Part shown: positions 55,367 through 64,000 of the stretch, piece by piece | Layout: every line of letters begins with the position of its first letter | How positions within the stretch are numbered: the stretch's first letter is position 1 | Origin: an uncultured beta proteobacterium | GTDB lineage: Bacteria; Pseudomonadota; Gammaproteobacteria; Burkholderiales; Burkholderiaceae_C | NCBI GenBank assembly: GCA_963717575.1 | Contig: CAVQWK010000034.1 | Location: 30,300 to 94,299, forward strand | Reading direction: 5' to 3' | Length of the DNA: 64,000 nt | Made by a program: the position numbers and the translations under genes | The notes under the pieces: generated by a model | The model's database searches: none | The model's input: the letters and a program-made list of their open reading frames with translations, nothing else | Told to the model about the DNA's origin: nothing

Positions 55367-56314
55367 TCAGCGCGCGAGCAGGAGCTGCACCAGCATGCCG
55401 ATCACCGCCAGCAGGAAGGCGGTGGCCAGGAACTCCGGCACGCGGAAGATGCGCATCTTGGCCGAGAGCGTCTCCAGCACGGCCAGCAGGAAGCCGCCGA
55501 TGGCCAGCTTGATCACCAGCACCGGCAGCGCCAGCAGCATGGCGAGCGGCGCCTGCGCATCGGCCACGCCCCAGGGAAAGAACAGCGCCAGCCCGATGCA
55601 CGAATAGGCGAACAGCTTGAGGCTCGCGGCCCACTCGATCAGCGCCAGGTGCCGGCCCGAATATTCCAGGATCAGCGCCTCGTGGATCATCGTCAGCTCG
55701 AGGTGCGTCGCGGGGTTGTCCACCGGCACCCGCGCGTTCTCGGCCAGCGCCACCATCGCGAAGGCCAGGCCGGCGAACGCCAGGCCGGGGTAGATCGTCA
55801 GCTCGCGGTGCGCGAGGGTCTCGACGATGGTGGTGAGCGACGTCGACTTGGAGATCAGCGACGCCGAGAACAGCACCATCAACAGCGCCGGCTCGGCCAG
55901 GAAGCCGATCAGCATCTCGCGCCGCGCGCCCAGGGTGCCGAACGACGTGCCCAGGTCCATGGCCGCCAGCGAGATGAAGACCCGGGCCAGCGCGAACAGG
56001 CCGACCAGCCCGATGGCGTCGGCCCCGGGCGCCAACGGCAGGTCGGTCGACAGCGTGGGCACGACGGCGCATGCCAGCAGCATGCAGCCGAACACCAGAT
56101 ACGGTGCGGTGCGGAACACGCGCGAGGCATTGTCGGCCACCACCGATTCCTTGTTGAACAGCTTGTGCAACATGCGGTACGGCTGCCACAGGCTGGGCGC
56201 AGACTTGTTCTGCAACCAGGCGCGCCACTGGTTGATCCAGCCGGTCAGCAGCGGCGCCAGCGCGATCGCGAGCACGATCTCGAGCAACTGGGACAGGGCG
56301 CCGGCGAAGCTCAT
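55367..56314 (-). CDS. hyfC: NuoH/HyfC/HycD-like membrane subunit
   Basis: QPYRML.KLFNKE, GARREM, AENARVPVDNP.THLELTMIHE. Confidence 0.92.
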   Translation of the reverse strand: MSFAGALSQLLEIVLAIALAPLLTGWINQWRAWLQNKSAPSLWQPYRMLHKLFNKESVVADNASRVFRTAPYLVFGCMLLACAVVPTLSTDLPLAPGADAIGLVGLFALARVFISLAAMDLGTSFGTLGARREMLIGFLAEPALLMVLFSASLISKSTSLTTIVETLAHRELTIYPGLAFAGLAFAMVALAENARVPVDNPATHLELTMIHEALILEYSGRHLALIEWAASLKLFAYSCIGLALFFPWGVADAQAPLAMLLALPVLVIKLAIGGFLLAVLETLSAKMRIFRVPEFLATAFLLAVIGMLVQLLLAR

Positions 56315-56321
56315 CGGTGCC

Positions 56322-58346
56322 TCATTGCATCACCGCCAGCAGCGTTGCCACCAGCGTGAGAAAGCTGTACAGCAGGTACACCGAGATCCGACCCTGCTGC
56401 ACCACCGCCATCAGGCGAGCCAGGTACTGGGCCAGGTCGACGACGGGCACATACAGCCAGCGCCAGAAGTGATCCTGCACCGTCACGCGGTAGCGCGGCT
56501 GCTCGTCGAAAGGCGACGGCAGTTCGCGCTGCATCTGGAAGAACGGCTCGAAGATCTGCCGGATCGGCTGGCCGAAGCCTTCCGCGGTGTCCTGCATGCG
56601 GGCGTTGCCCCAGGGGAAGCCGCAAGCCCAGGACAGGCCGCGCCGTGTGCGACCGTGGTACAGCACCCGCACCAGCACGTAAGCCAGCGCAAGACTCGCC
56701 AGGATGCCGAGCAGGAAGATCACCGGCGCATAACTCGCCTGGTCCAGGCTGTTCGGCGCCAGCAGCCAGCCGCTGGCCGAGACGCGTTCGGCGAGGCCGG
56801 CGCCGACGAGCAGCTGCGTCACCGGGTCGAGCAGGCCGATGACCTGCACCGGCAACAGCCCCAGCAGGACGCAGCCGAGCGCCAGCCACAACATGCCTGC
56901 GCGCTCCCAGTGCCCCGCGTCGTGGGCCTGCGCCAGCTTCTCTTCACGCGGCTGGCCCAGGAAGATGACGCCGAAGAACTTGACCATGGTGTAGCCGGCG
57001 AGCGCCGCGACCAGCGCGATCAGCGCGGCCACCACCGGAATCAGCATCGTCAGCAGCGGCATCGGCAGGCCGGGGGTGAACAGGAAGCTCTGCAACAACA
57101 GCCACTCGGAGACGAAGCCACCCAGCGGCGGCAGGCCGGCGCTGGCCAGCACCCCCAGCAGCATGAGCCAGCCGACCCATGGCATGGTGCGGATCAGGCC
57201 GCCGAGCTTGCCCAGGCTGCGCTCGGCCGTGGCGTGCAGCACGCTGCCGGTGCCCAGGAACAACAGGCTCTTGAAGAAGGCGTGGCTCACGACGTGGTAC
57301 AGCGTGGCGGTCAGCGCCAGGGCCGCCATCGGCGTCATGCCGAAGCCGAAGAAGATCAGCGCCAGCCCCATGCCGACGAACAGCAGGCCCATGTTCTCGA
57401 TCGACGAGTAGGCCAGCAGCCGCTTCATGTCGGTCTGCACCGCGGCGAAGATCACGCCGTAGAGCGCCGTGGCCAGGCCCAGGGCCAACAGCAGTGCCCC
57501 CCACCACCAGAGCTGCATCTGCAGCAGATCGAAGGCAACGCGCATCAGGCCGTAGATGGCCGTGTTGAGCATGACCCCGCTCATCAACGCCGATACCGGC
57601 GACGGTGCCGCCGGGTGCGCCTCGGGCAGCCACACGTGCAGCGGCAGGATCCCGGCCTTGGCGCCGAACCCGAACACCGCCAGCAGGAAGCCCACCGATG
57701 CCCAGAACGGCGACAGCGCCTGGTCGCGCATGTTCTCGAACGTGTAGTCGCCGGTATTGGCCTGCAGGACGCCGAAACACAGCAGGATGGCGATGGCCCC
57801 GATGTGCGCCATCGTGATGTAGAGGTAGCCCGCGCTTCGCACCTCGGCAATGCGGTGGTTCGCGGTGACCAGGAAGTACGACGACAGGGCCATCGTCTCC
57901 CACATCACCATGAAGGCATAGGCGTCGTCGGCGATCACGACTCCCGCCATGCTCGCCAGGAAGACGTGGTACTCGAGGCACATCAGGCCCGGCGGCGTGC
58001 CCTCGCCCTGGCGGAAGTAGCCGGCCGCGAAGGCCGAGATGCCGGCCGAGGCGGCACCGATCACGACCAGGAAGAACGCGGCCAGGCTGTCCAGCCGCAG
58101 GTGGAACGGCAGGCTGGGCAGGCCGATGGGCAACACCGCCACCTCCGGCGTGCCGAGCAGCGCATGGAGCGCCAGACCGAACAGCGCCAGACCGAGCAGC
58201 CCGCCGAGCGGGAAAAGCACTCGGGCGACGAAGGCCAGCCGGTGCAGGGCCAGCACGCCGGCGGCGCCGACCGCCAGCCAGCCCAGCCCGACGACGAGCA
58301 TCCAGTCGATGCCGAGCCACTGGCTCGGCGGCGGCAGACCTGACAT
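56322..58346 (-). CDS. hyfB: Hydrogenase-4 subunit B-like antiporter subunit
   Basis: WETMALSS, KAGILPLHVWLPEAHPAAPSPVSALMSG, KRLLAYSSIEN, GLPPLGGFVSEW; start MSGLPP inferred. Confidence 0.92.
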   Translation of the reverse strand: MSGLPPPSQWLGIDWMLVVGLGWLAVGAAGVLALHRLAFVARVLFPLGGLLGLALFGLALHALLGTPEVAVLPIGLPSLPFHLRLDSLAAFFLVVIGAASAGISAFAAGYFRQGEGTPPGLMCLEYHVFLASMAGVVIADDAYAFMVMWETMALSSYFLVTANHRIAEVRSAGYLYITMAHIGAIAILLCFGVLQANTGDYTFENMRDQALSPFWASVGFLLAVFGFGAKAGILPLHVWLPEAHPAAPSPVSALMSGVMLNTAIYGLMRVAFDLLQMQLWWWGALLLALGLATALYGVIFAAVQTDMKRLLAYSSIENMGLLFVGMGLALIFFGFGMTPMAALALTATLYHVVSHAFFKSLLFLGTGSVLHATAERSLGKLGGLIRTMPWVGWLMLLGVLASAGLPPLGGFVSEWLLLQSFLFTPGLPMPLLTMLIPVVAALIALVAALAGYTMVKFFGVIFLGQPREEKLAQAHDAGHWERAGMLWLALGCVLLGLLPVQVIGLLDPVTQLLVGAGLAERVSASGWLLAPNSLDQASYAPVIFLLGILASLALAYVLVRVLYHGRTRRGLSWACGFPWGNARMQDTAEGFGQPIRQIFEPFFQMQRELPSPFDEQPRYRVTVQDHFWRWLYVPVVDLAQYLARLMAVVQQGRISVYLLYSFLTLVATLLAVMQ

Positions 58347-58401
58347 GGTCACCGGTCGCGGCGTGCCTTGGCCGGTCTGGCCGACCTTGGCGCGGCCCGC
58401 T

Positions 58402-58632
58402 TCACCGGCGGCGCCGAGGTCCCGGCCCGGGCCGCGGGGATTCCGCGTGCGCATCGACCGTGTCGTGCTGCCCGCTGGGGACGTAATCGACACCGTGTTG
58501 GGCGAGGTAGTCACGGATCAGTTGCCGCACCACCTGCGACGCCGTCAGGTCGCGCTGCGCACACAGGCGCTCGAACGCCAACTTCTTGTTCGGATCGATG
58601 AGCAGCGTCAAGCGGGCGGTCTTGAGCTCCAT
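58402..58632 (-). CDS. CopG/ribbon-helix-helix regulator heading the hyf-like operon
   Basis: MELKTARLTLLIDP.KK.AFE.LC..D.T.SQVVRQLIRDYL. Confidence 0.85.
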   Translation of the reverse strand: MELKTARLTLLIDPNKKLAFERLCAQRDLTASQVVRQLIRDYLAQHGVDYVPSGQHDTVDAHAESPRPGPGPRRRR

Positions 58633-58932
58633 GGGGTATCGATATGGCAATGGGATGTTGATGCCATGCACATAGTACACGACGGCCATGCGCACGGTCG
58701 TTGTTGGATCCATCCGTGGGATGGCTGCTCGGGGGCGGCCAGCCTGGCCCGAGAGAGGTCTACCGCGCTCGCGATGAGGCTGGGGCCGACGTCCTCGACG
58801 ATCTCGAGTCGCTCCGCGACCCGACGCGTCGCCACTCGACGCAGAGGCCCGTCAGGCCGATGGAGATCGAGACGGCTCGGCGCGCCGAAGGCGGTGTGAG
58901 CCCGATCGGCGGCTCACACGTCCTGCCCCGGG

Positions 58933-59454
58933 TCAGGGGCGGCGCGGTGTGGCTGAGTCCGTCGCGCCAGCCGGATCGTCCGGCTGTCCTGTCGGCCGCG
59001 GGGCACGCGGGGCTGGCGCAGGTTGCAGTCTGCGGTACAGCAACACCAGGGCGGACGCGCTCAATGCGGTCAGCGTCGTGGCGTTGTGGGTCAGCAGGTT
59101 GCCGATCTGCTGAATCGCCTCTGGATTGACCTCGTGAACGAAGAGGGCCAGCTCACGGATCTGGTCGCTCGAATAGCGCAGAGCGTCCTCCGAGGAAACC
59201 GTGTCGGGCATCGCGCCACGCCGGAGCAGGAGGCCCGCAAACGCACCCGACGCGACGGCCGCCATGCTCAATGTCCCCAGGGGTCGCAACAGACACGCCA
59301 GCATGTCCGCGCGCAAGGGCTCGCTGGCGGTGCGGTACACGCGCGATACCAGTCTTGCCGCCGCGATCCGATGTCTCGTGATCACGTCGCCACTGGATCC
59401 CGGCGTTGCCGGCCGGGGCAAGGGCGCAGCCAGATCGTCGAATTCATCGAGCAT
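58933..59454 (-). CDS. Hypothetical protein
   Basis: GGAGG RBS; 173 aa with hydrophobic stretches. Confidence 0.6.
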   Translation of the reverse strand: MLDEFDDLAAPLPRPATPGSSGDVITRHRIAAARLVSRVYRTASEPLRADMLACLLRPLGTLSMAAVASGAFAGLLLRRGAMPDTVSSEDALRYSSDQIRELALFVHEVNPEAIQQIGNLLTHNATTLTALSASALVLLYRRLQPAPAPRAPRPTGQPDDPAGATDSATPRRP

Positions 59455-59552
59455 GGTGTTCACCTCCGGTCCTGTGCCAATGCCCATCGACCACCACCGT
59501 GCGGATCAAGTTCCCGCACCGGCCCCTGCTTACCGAATGTTTCAAGCCGACC

Positions 59553-60110
59553 TCAAGGCGCCGCGACCGCGATGCGCAGCTGCACCGCCGCTGAACCCGT
59601 GGCCGCCGGTTCACCGAGCCGCGCCGAAGGCACCCCCCGACTCCGCAGGTGCTTGTTCACTTGAGCCGCACGCTGCAGGGCCAAGGACGGGGTGCCGGCT
59701 CCGTCGTCCGGCGCCGCCAGCAAGGCCAGGTGAGCCGACGGCCTGCGACGCAGGCTCTCGGCCACCTTGTCCAGCACCGCGGCCAATGCCGGCTTCACGG
59801 TGCTGCGACCGCGATCGAAACAGAACTCACGCGGCACATCGACGTTGACTGCCGCGTCACCGTGCTGTTCGATCACGACGGGCGTGCCCTGGAACCACGA
59901 CTGCAGCCATCGCTGCTCGGCGGCCAGGGCCGCAGGAAGCGCCGTCCGCACCTCCGCGGCGGGCGACTCCGGGAGCCTGGGCGGCTCAAGGGGCCTGGGC
60001 GGCGCCACGCTGGCGCATCCGCAGACAGCGAGCACGGCGAACGACAGCGAAGCGATCGATGGCAGCGTCGGCCACGTGGCGGGCCGCTTGGGGTCGGACT
60101 CGTGCAGCAT
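59553..60110 (-). CDS. Lipoprotein with degenerate OmpA-like C-terminal domain
   Basis: Lipobox-like VCGC; FDRGRSTVKPAL..VLD.VA.SL and LALQRA..V..HL...GV...RL. Confidence 0.65.
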   Translation of the reverse strand: MLHESDPKRPATWPTLPSIASLSFAVLAVCGCASVAPPRPLEPPRLPESPAAEVRTALPAALAAEQRWLQSWFQGTPVVIEQHGDAAVNVDVPREFCFDRGRSTVKPALAAVLDKVAESLRRRPSAHLALLAAPDDGAGTPSLALQRAAQVNKHLRSRGVPSARLGEPAATGSAAVQLRIAVAAP

Positions 60111-60805
60111 CACTGTCTGACCATCAGCACTCGCATGCCCAGCACCGATCCATCGGCTCGATCCAGGATCTGGATCGTCGTCCGGTGCGGCCTGAAACCT
60201 TCGGGCAACGGCAGGCTGCCGCGCACGATATCGCGGCTGCCCATCGACAGGGCGACGGGCTTCAACGTGGCCGAGGCCTCGGTACGCTGCGCAGATTCGC
60301 CGACCACGACCAGCTTCATCACGCCGGCCATCGCCTTGTCGGTCGCGCGCTCGCGTGTGAGCACGACGTCGTAGTCGAGCACCCCGCCCTTGGCCGTGAA
60401 CCGCGCCGCTCGAACCTGGACGATGCCGTTGCGCGGATCGGTCGGCAAAGATTCGACCACGGAGGCCACGTCGCTGCGCAGGCGCTCGACAGTGGCACGG
60501 CTGGCGGCGAGATCGCCGGCCAACGTCCTTCTGTCGGTCATGGCGTTCTCGAGCTGCTTCGAGGCATCGGCGAGTTCGCCGATCAGCCGCAAGCGCGCGG
60601 CTTCGGCCTGACGGAACGCACTGTCCAGCTGCGCCGACGCCTCGGGCGAGAGGCGCGGTGCCATGTAGCGCTCCTGGACGAACAGGACGCCACCCACGCC
60701 GATGATCACGCCGCTCAGCAGCAGCAGGAGCCATCGGGGTAATCGCCCGCGCGAGCGCGGTCGACCATAGGGCTGGAAGGTGATGGCTTTTGATCGGCCA
60801 AACAT
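60110..60805 (-). CDS. Membrane-anchored coiled-coil hypothetical protein
   Basis: MFGRSK..FQPYG, single TM, coiled coil, beta-rich C-domain; TGATG coupled to the next gene. Confidence 0.7.
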   Translation of the reverse strand: MFGRSKAITFQPYGRPRSRGRLPRWLLLLLSGVIIGVGGVLFVQERYMAPRLSPEASAQLDSAFRQAEAARLRLIGELADASKQLENAMTDRRTLAGDLAASRATVERLRSDVASVVESLPTDPRNGIVQVRAARFTAKGGVLDYDVVLTRERATDKAMAGVMKLVVVGESAQRTEASATLKPVALSMGSRDIVRGSLPLPEGFRPHRTTIQILDRADGSVLGMRVLMVRQ

Positions 60806-60968
60806 CAGGATGAGTGATCGTGTCCAGGTGAAGTCGGCCAGGATAGGGCCTCCCGACCAACCATATGCAACACGATGTGCCGCGCCGCCCTGCGTGCCTT
60901 GAGCCAAAGCGAGGACATGACACCGTCGTCGATTCAGCGCGCCCTTGCGGGCCAGGCGGCACTCTCCG

Positions 60969-61628
60969 TTACCAGGAGGCTCCGAACTGCAGCCGCAAGG
61001 CTTCGATCTGCGCTGCGTCCAGCGGCGCCGGCCTCGGGCTGCACAGCAGCCACAGCTTCGCGGTCTCTTCCAGTTCCTCGAGCACGGCACTGGCCTGCGA
61101 CGGTGAACGGTGCCACACGTTCGGGCCGAGCCGCTCCAGCATCACGGCGCGGATCGGCGTGCCGCGCGCGGCCATCGCCCCGATGCGCCGTGCCACGAGG
61201 TCACCGACCTGCGGGTCGCCCGGCCGGTGGTAGGGGATCAGTGGCACGTGGCCGACCTTCATCACGAAGTACGGCGTGATCGGCGGCACGATGTCGTCCA
61301 CGCTCCACACGCCCCGCAGCGTGAGCGCCACCAGGTGCGTGCTGTGGGTGTGGATCACGCAGCGCGCATCGGGCGCCGCGCCATAGATGCGGCGGTGCAA
61401 CTCGAGCGTCTTGCTGGCGCGGTCGCCGCCGGTTTGCACGCCGTCGGCGTCGAGCCGCGCCAGACGCGCCGGGTCGAGCGTGCCCAGGCAGGCATCCGTG
61501 GGCGTGATGACGAAGCCGTCGTCGAACCGCACGCTGATGTTGCCGGCCGTGGCATGCACGTAGCCGCGCTCGAACAGAGAACGGCCGACACGGCAGATCT
61601 CTTCGCGGAGCAGGTTCTCTTCGGTCAC
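60969..61628 (-). CDS. otnC: 3-oxo-tetronate 4-phosphate decarboxylase (class II aldolase)
   Basis: TAGNIS, TPTDACLG, SKTL.LH, HTHS, TPYFVMKVG, EELEETA; follows otnK. Confidence 0.88.
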   Translation of the reverse strand: MTEENLLREEICRVGRSLFERGYVHATAGNISVRFDDGFVITPTDACLGTLDPARLARLDADGVQTGGDRASKTLELHRRIYGAAPDARCVIHTHSTHLVALTLRGVWSVDDIVPPITPYFVMKVGHVPLIPYHRPGDPQVGDLVARRIGAMAARGTPIRAVMLERLGPNVWHRSPSQASAVLEELEETAKLWLLCSPRPAPLDAAQIEALRLQFGASW

Positions 61629-62884
61629 AACAGCTTGAACGCGCGGGTGAAGAAATCGGCGCCGCCGAAGTTGCCCGACTTCAGCGCCAGGTGCAAGCCC
61701 GGCACCGCGGCGTGGCACCAAGGCACGCCCGGGTCGATCTGCGGCCCGATGCGCAACTGCCGGATGCCCAGTGCCTGAACGCACGCACCGGAGGTCTCGC
61801 CCCCGGCCACCACGAGCTGGCCGACACCCGCGTCGACGAGGCCGCGAGCCACCCGTGACAGCGAGTCTTCCACCATCGCACCGGCACGCTCCGCGCCGAG
61901 TTGCTGCTGCACCAGCCGCACGGCCTCCGGCCCGGCCGTGGCGTAGACCAGCACCGGCGTCGGGCCCAGGCGCGGGCGGGCCCAGGCCAGCGCTTCAGCG
62001 GCCACGTCATGGCCGGCGGCCAGGCGCAGCGGATCGACCGCGAAGGCGGCGCCCCCCGCCGCGATGAACGCAGCGACCTGTGCATTGGTGGCCGCCGAGC
62101 AACTGCCGGAGACGACGGCGCGCGTGCCCACCGCCGGCGGCAACTGCGCGGCCTGTGCGCTCGGCGCCAGGCCGTGCAGCGCCGGGATGCCGATGGCCAG
62201 CCCGGAGCCGGCCACCACCAGCTTCAGATCGGCCGATGCCGCGGCCAGGCGCCGCAGATCGTCGTCGTTGACGCCGTCGACGATGGCCAGCGTGACACCG
62301 GCGTCGCGCAACGCGGCCATGCGCTGCACGATCGCCTGCGCGCCGAGCGCCACCGTGCGGTGGTCGATCAGCCCGACGCGCCGGCCACGAGCCGGATCGA
62401 GCTGCGCCTGCATCACACGCACGAGACTGGCGTCGGTCATCGGCGTCAGCGGGTGGTGGCGCATCGGGCTGTCGGACAAGAGCAGGTCGCCGACGAAGAG
62501 GTGGCCCTTGAAGACCGTGCGGCCGTTCTCCGGGAAAGCGGGCGTGACGACGACGAACGCCGCGCCGAGCTCGTCCATCAAGGCCTCGGTCACGGGGCCG
62601 ATGTTGCCGGCGGGGGTGGAGTCGAAGGTCGAGCAGACCTTGAAATAGATCTGCGGCGCCCCCTGCGCGCGCAGCCAGCGCGCGGCCGCGACCGATTGCC
62701 CGACCGCTTCGGTGACCGGTGCGGTGCGCGACTTCAGCGCGACGACCACCGCGTCGACGTCGGCCACGGGTTCCGCCGGCACGCCGATGGTCTGCACCAC
62801 CCGCATGCCCGCGCGCACGAGGTTGTTGGCGAGGTCCGTCGCCCCTGTGAAATCGTCGGCGATGCAGCCCAGGAGCACCGTCAT
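61625..62884 (-). CDS. otnK: 3-oxo-tetronate kinase (DUF1537)
   Basis: LGCIADDFTGATD, ALKSR, FKVCSTFDST..GNIGP, VAGGETSG, LKSGNFG. Confidence 0.93.
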   Translation of the reverse strand: MTVLLGCIADDFTGATDLANNLVRAGMRVVQTIGVPAEPVADVDAVVVALKSRTAPVTEAVGQSVAAARWLRAQGAPQIYFKVCSTFDSTPAGNIGPVTEALMDELGAAFVVVTPAFPENGRTVFKGHLFVGDLLLSDSPMRHHPLTPMTDASLVRVMQAQLDPARGRRVGLIDHRTVALGAQAIVQRMAALRDAGVTLAIVDGVNDDDLRRLAAASADLKLVVAGSGLAIGIPALHGLAPSAQAAQLPPAVGTRAVVSGSCSAATNAQVAAFIAAGGAAFAVDPLRLAAGHDVAAEALAWARPRLGPTPVLVYATAGPEAVRLVQQQLGAERAGAMVEDSLSRVARGLVDAGVGQLVVAGGETSGACVQALGIRQLRIGPQIDPGVPWCHAAVPGLHLALKSGNFGGADFFTRAFKLL

Positions 62885-63781
62885 GGCTTGGGCTCCGTCT
62901 TCGGCAGCTCGATGCCCGGGAAGATCTTGATCACCGCGCTGTCGTCCTCCTTCGCGAAGCCGGCGGACGAGGCCTGCATGAACATCTGGTGCGCCGTGGA
63001 CGACAGCGGCAGCGGAAACTTGCTGGCCCGCGCCATGTCGAGCACCAGGCCGAGGTCCTTGACGAAGATGTCCACGGCCGACAGCGGCGTGTAGTCGCCC
63101 GCCAGCACGTGTGCCATGCGGTTCTCGAACATCCAGCTGTTGCCGGCACTGTGCGTGATGACGTCGTACAGTGCGGACGGATCGACCCCTTCGCGCAGGC
63201 CGAGTGCCATGGCTTCGGCCGCGGCAGCGATGTGCACTCCGGCCAGCAACTGGTTGATGATCTTGACCTTGCTGCCGGCGCCGGCGCGGTCGCCGAGCTT
63301 GTACACCCGTGCGGCCATCGCGTTCAGCATCGGCTCGCACCTGGCGTAGGCCTCGGGTCGGCCCGAGGTCATCATCGTCATCTCGCCGGCGGCGGCACGC
63401 GCGGCGCCGCCCGAGATGGGGGCGTCGAGATAGAGCAGATCCGCGCTCGGCCAGGCGCGCTTCGAGCGCGATGGACACGTTGGGGTCGACGGTGGAGCAC
63501 ATCACGAACACGCTGCCCGGGCGCATCGCGTCGGCCACCCCGCCGCTGCCGAACAGCACGTCTTCGGTCTGCGCTGCGTTGACGACCACCGACACGACGA
63601 CTTCGCAGGCCCGTGCCAGCGCGGCTGCACTCGCGCTGGCGGTGCCTCCGTCGCGCGCGAACGTCTCGGCGACGCCCGGCCGGACGTCGAACACCTGCAC
63701 GTCGAAGCCCGCGCGCCGCAGCGATTGCGCCATGCCACTGCCCATGGCACCCAGGCCGATCACACCCACCCTCGCTTCCAT
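62881..63781 (-). CDS. ltnD: L-threonate dehydrogenase, frameshift near 63440
   Basis: VIGLGAMGSG, CSTV, KVKIINQLLAGVH, AGNSWMFENR, SAVDIFVKDL; GGGAGG RBS. Confidence 0.9.
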
Positions 63782-63825
63782 ACCGATCCTCCCACGAGCC
63801 GCGAGTGTGCCGCAGTCGCGAGGCG

Positions 63826-64000
63826 ATATGCGCTCGGCGGTGTCCTTCTCGGTGGTGTTCTTGGCGAAGCCGGAGAGCATCACCGTGCCGTTGAGCGTTT
63901 CGACGCTGATGCTGGTGCCGGCCACATTCGGGTTGTCCAGCATCCGGTTCTTGACCTGGGTCGTGATGGTCGCGTCGTCGATGTAGGCGCCGGTGGTTTC
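63826..64000 (-). CDS. BON-domain protein, partial and C-terminally truncated
   Basis: ETTGAYIDDATITTQVK...ISVETLNGTVMLSGFAKN..EK..AERI; no stop before ltnD. Confidence 0.75.

Noticed and set aside
51177-58346. Functional hydrogenase-4 / formate hydrogenlyase
   Set aside because: Ni-binding CxxC motifs are absent and no maturation or fdh genes are nearby
58658-58671. FNR-like site upstream of copG (TTGAT-GCCA-TGCAC)
   Set aside because: Only one half-site matches, so inclusion of the Ehr operon in the regulon is unsupported by this motif
58608-58930. Short ORFs or gene remnant between copG and the hypothetical gene
   Set aside because: No RBS or recognisable motif on either strand
61625-63943. 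Apparent BON-LtnD-OtnK triple fusion (772 aa)
   Set aside because: The LtnD-OtnK join results from the ltnD frameshift near 63440; otnK has its own ATGA-coupled start

Overview
High-GC betaproteobacterial DNA; gene content and repeats suggest Burkholderiales (Rubrivivax/Ideonella-like; inference). Many conserved genes carry single-base frameshifts, most likely long-read consensus errors. 1-32 kb is mostly core-type: a DUF2087-tadA-ldcA-peptide ABC operon, an EamA transporter, recCBD, a Cpx-like two-component system with a Spy/CpxP protein, a cold-shock gene, a class-III aminotransferase with a TAXI-TRAP transporter, a DHDPS-family lyase and a cyclophilin. About 32.0-58.7 kb is a coherent putative low-oxygen/dormancy island. 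It encodes USP, a host-attachment (baeRF-like) protein, Lon, an APH-like kinase, Prs, Hsp20, a PolX-N-terminal HhH protein, a PAS-PAS kinase with a NarL-type regulator, a hydrolase-PRTase-acsA-pdhABC-ACP operon without E3, a Crp/Fnr regulator, and a CopG-led Hyf-like complex lacking Ni-binding cysteines (Ehr type). Six of its intergenic regions carry an exact FNR-like palindrome TTG(A/C)G-N4-C(G/T)CAA, with two further near matches. 59-64 kb holds small envelope genes, ltnD-otnK-otnC (tetronate catabolism) and a truncated BON gene. A family of ~60-bp elements sits exactly at (A/G)TGA stop/start overlaps, forming either a chain of coupled mini-ORFs or an in-frame N-terminal extension. A REP-like inverted doublet is translated in frame inside an ABC ATPase. 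No rRNA, tRNA, CRISPR array, integrase or transposase was recognised.
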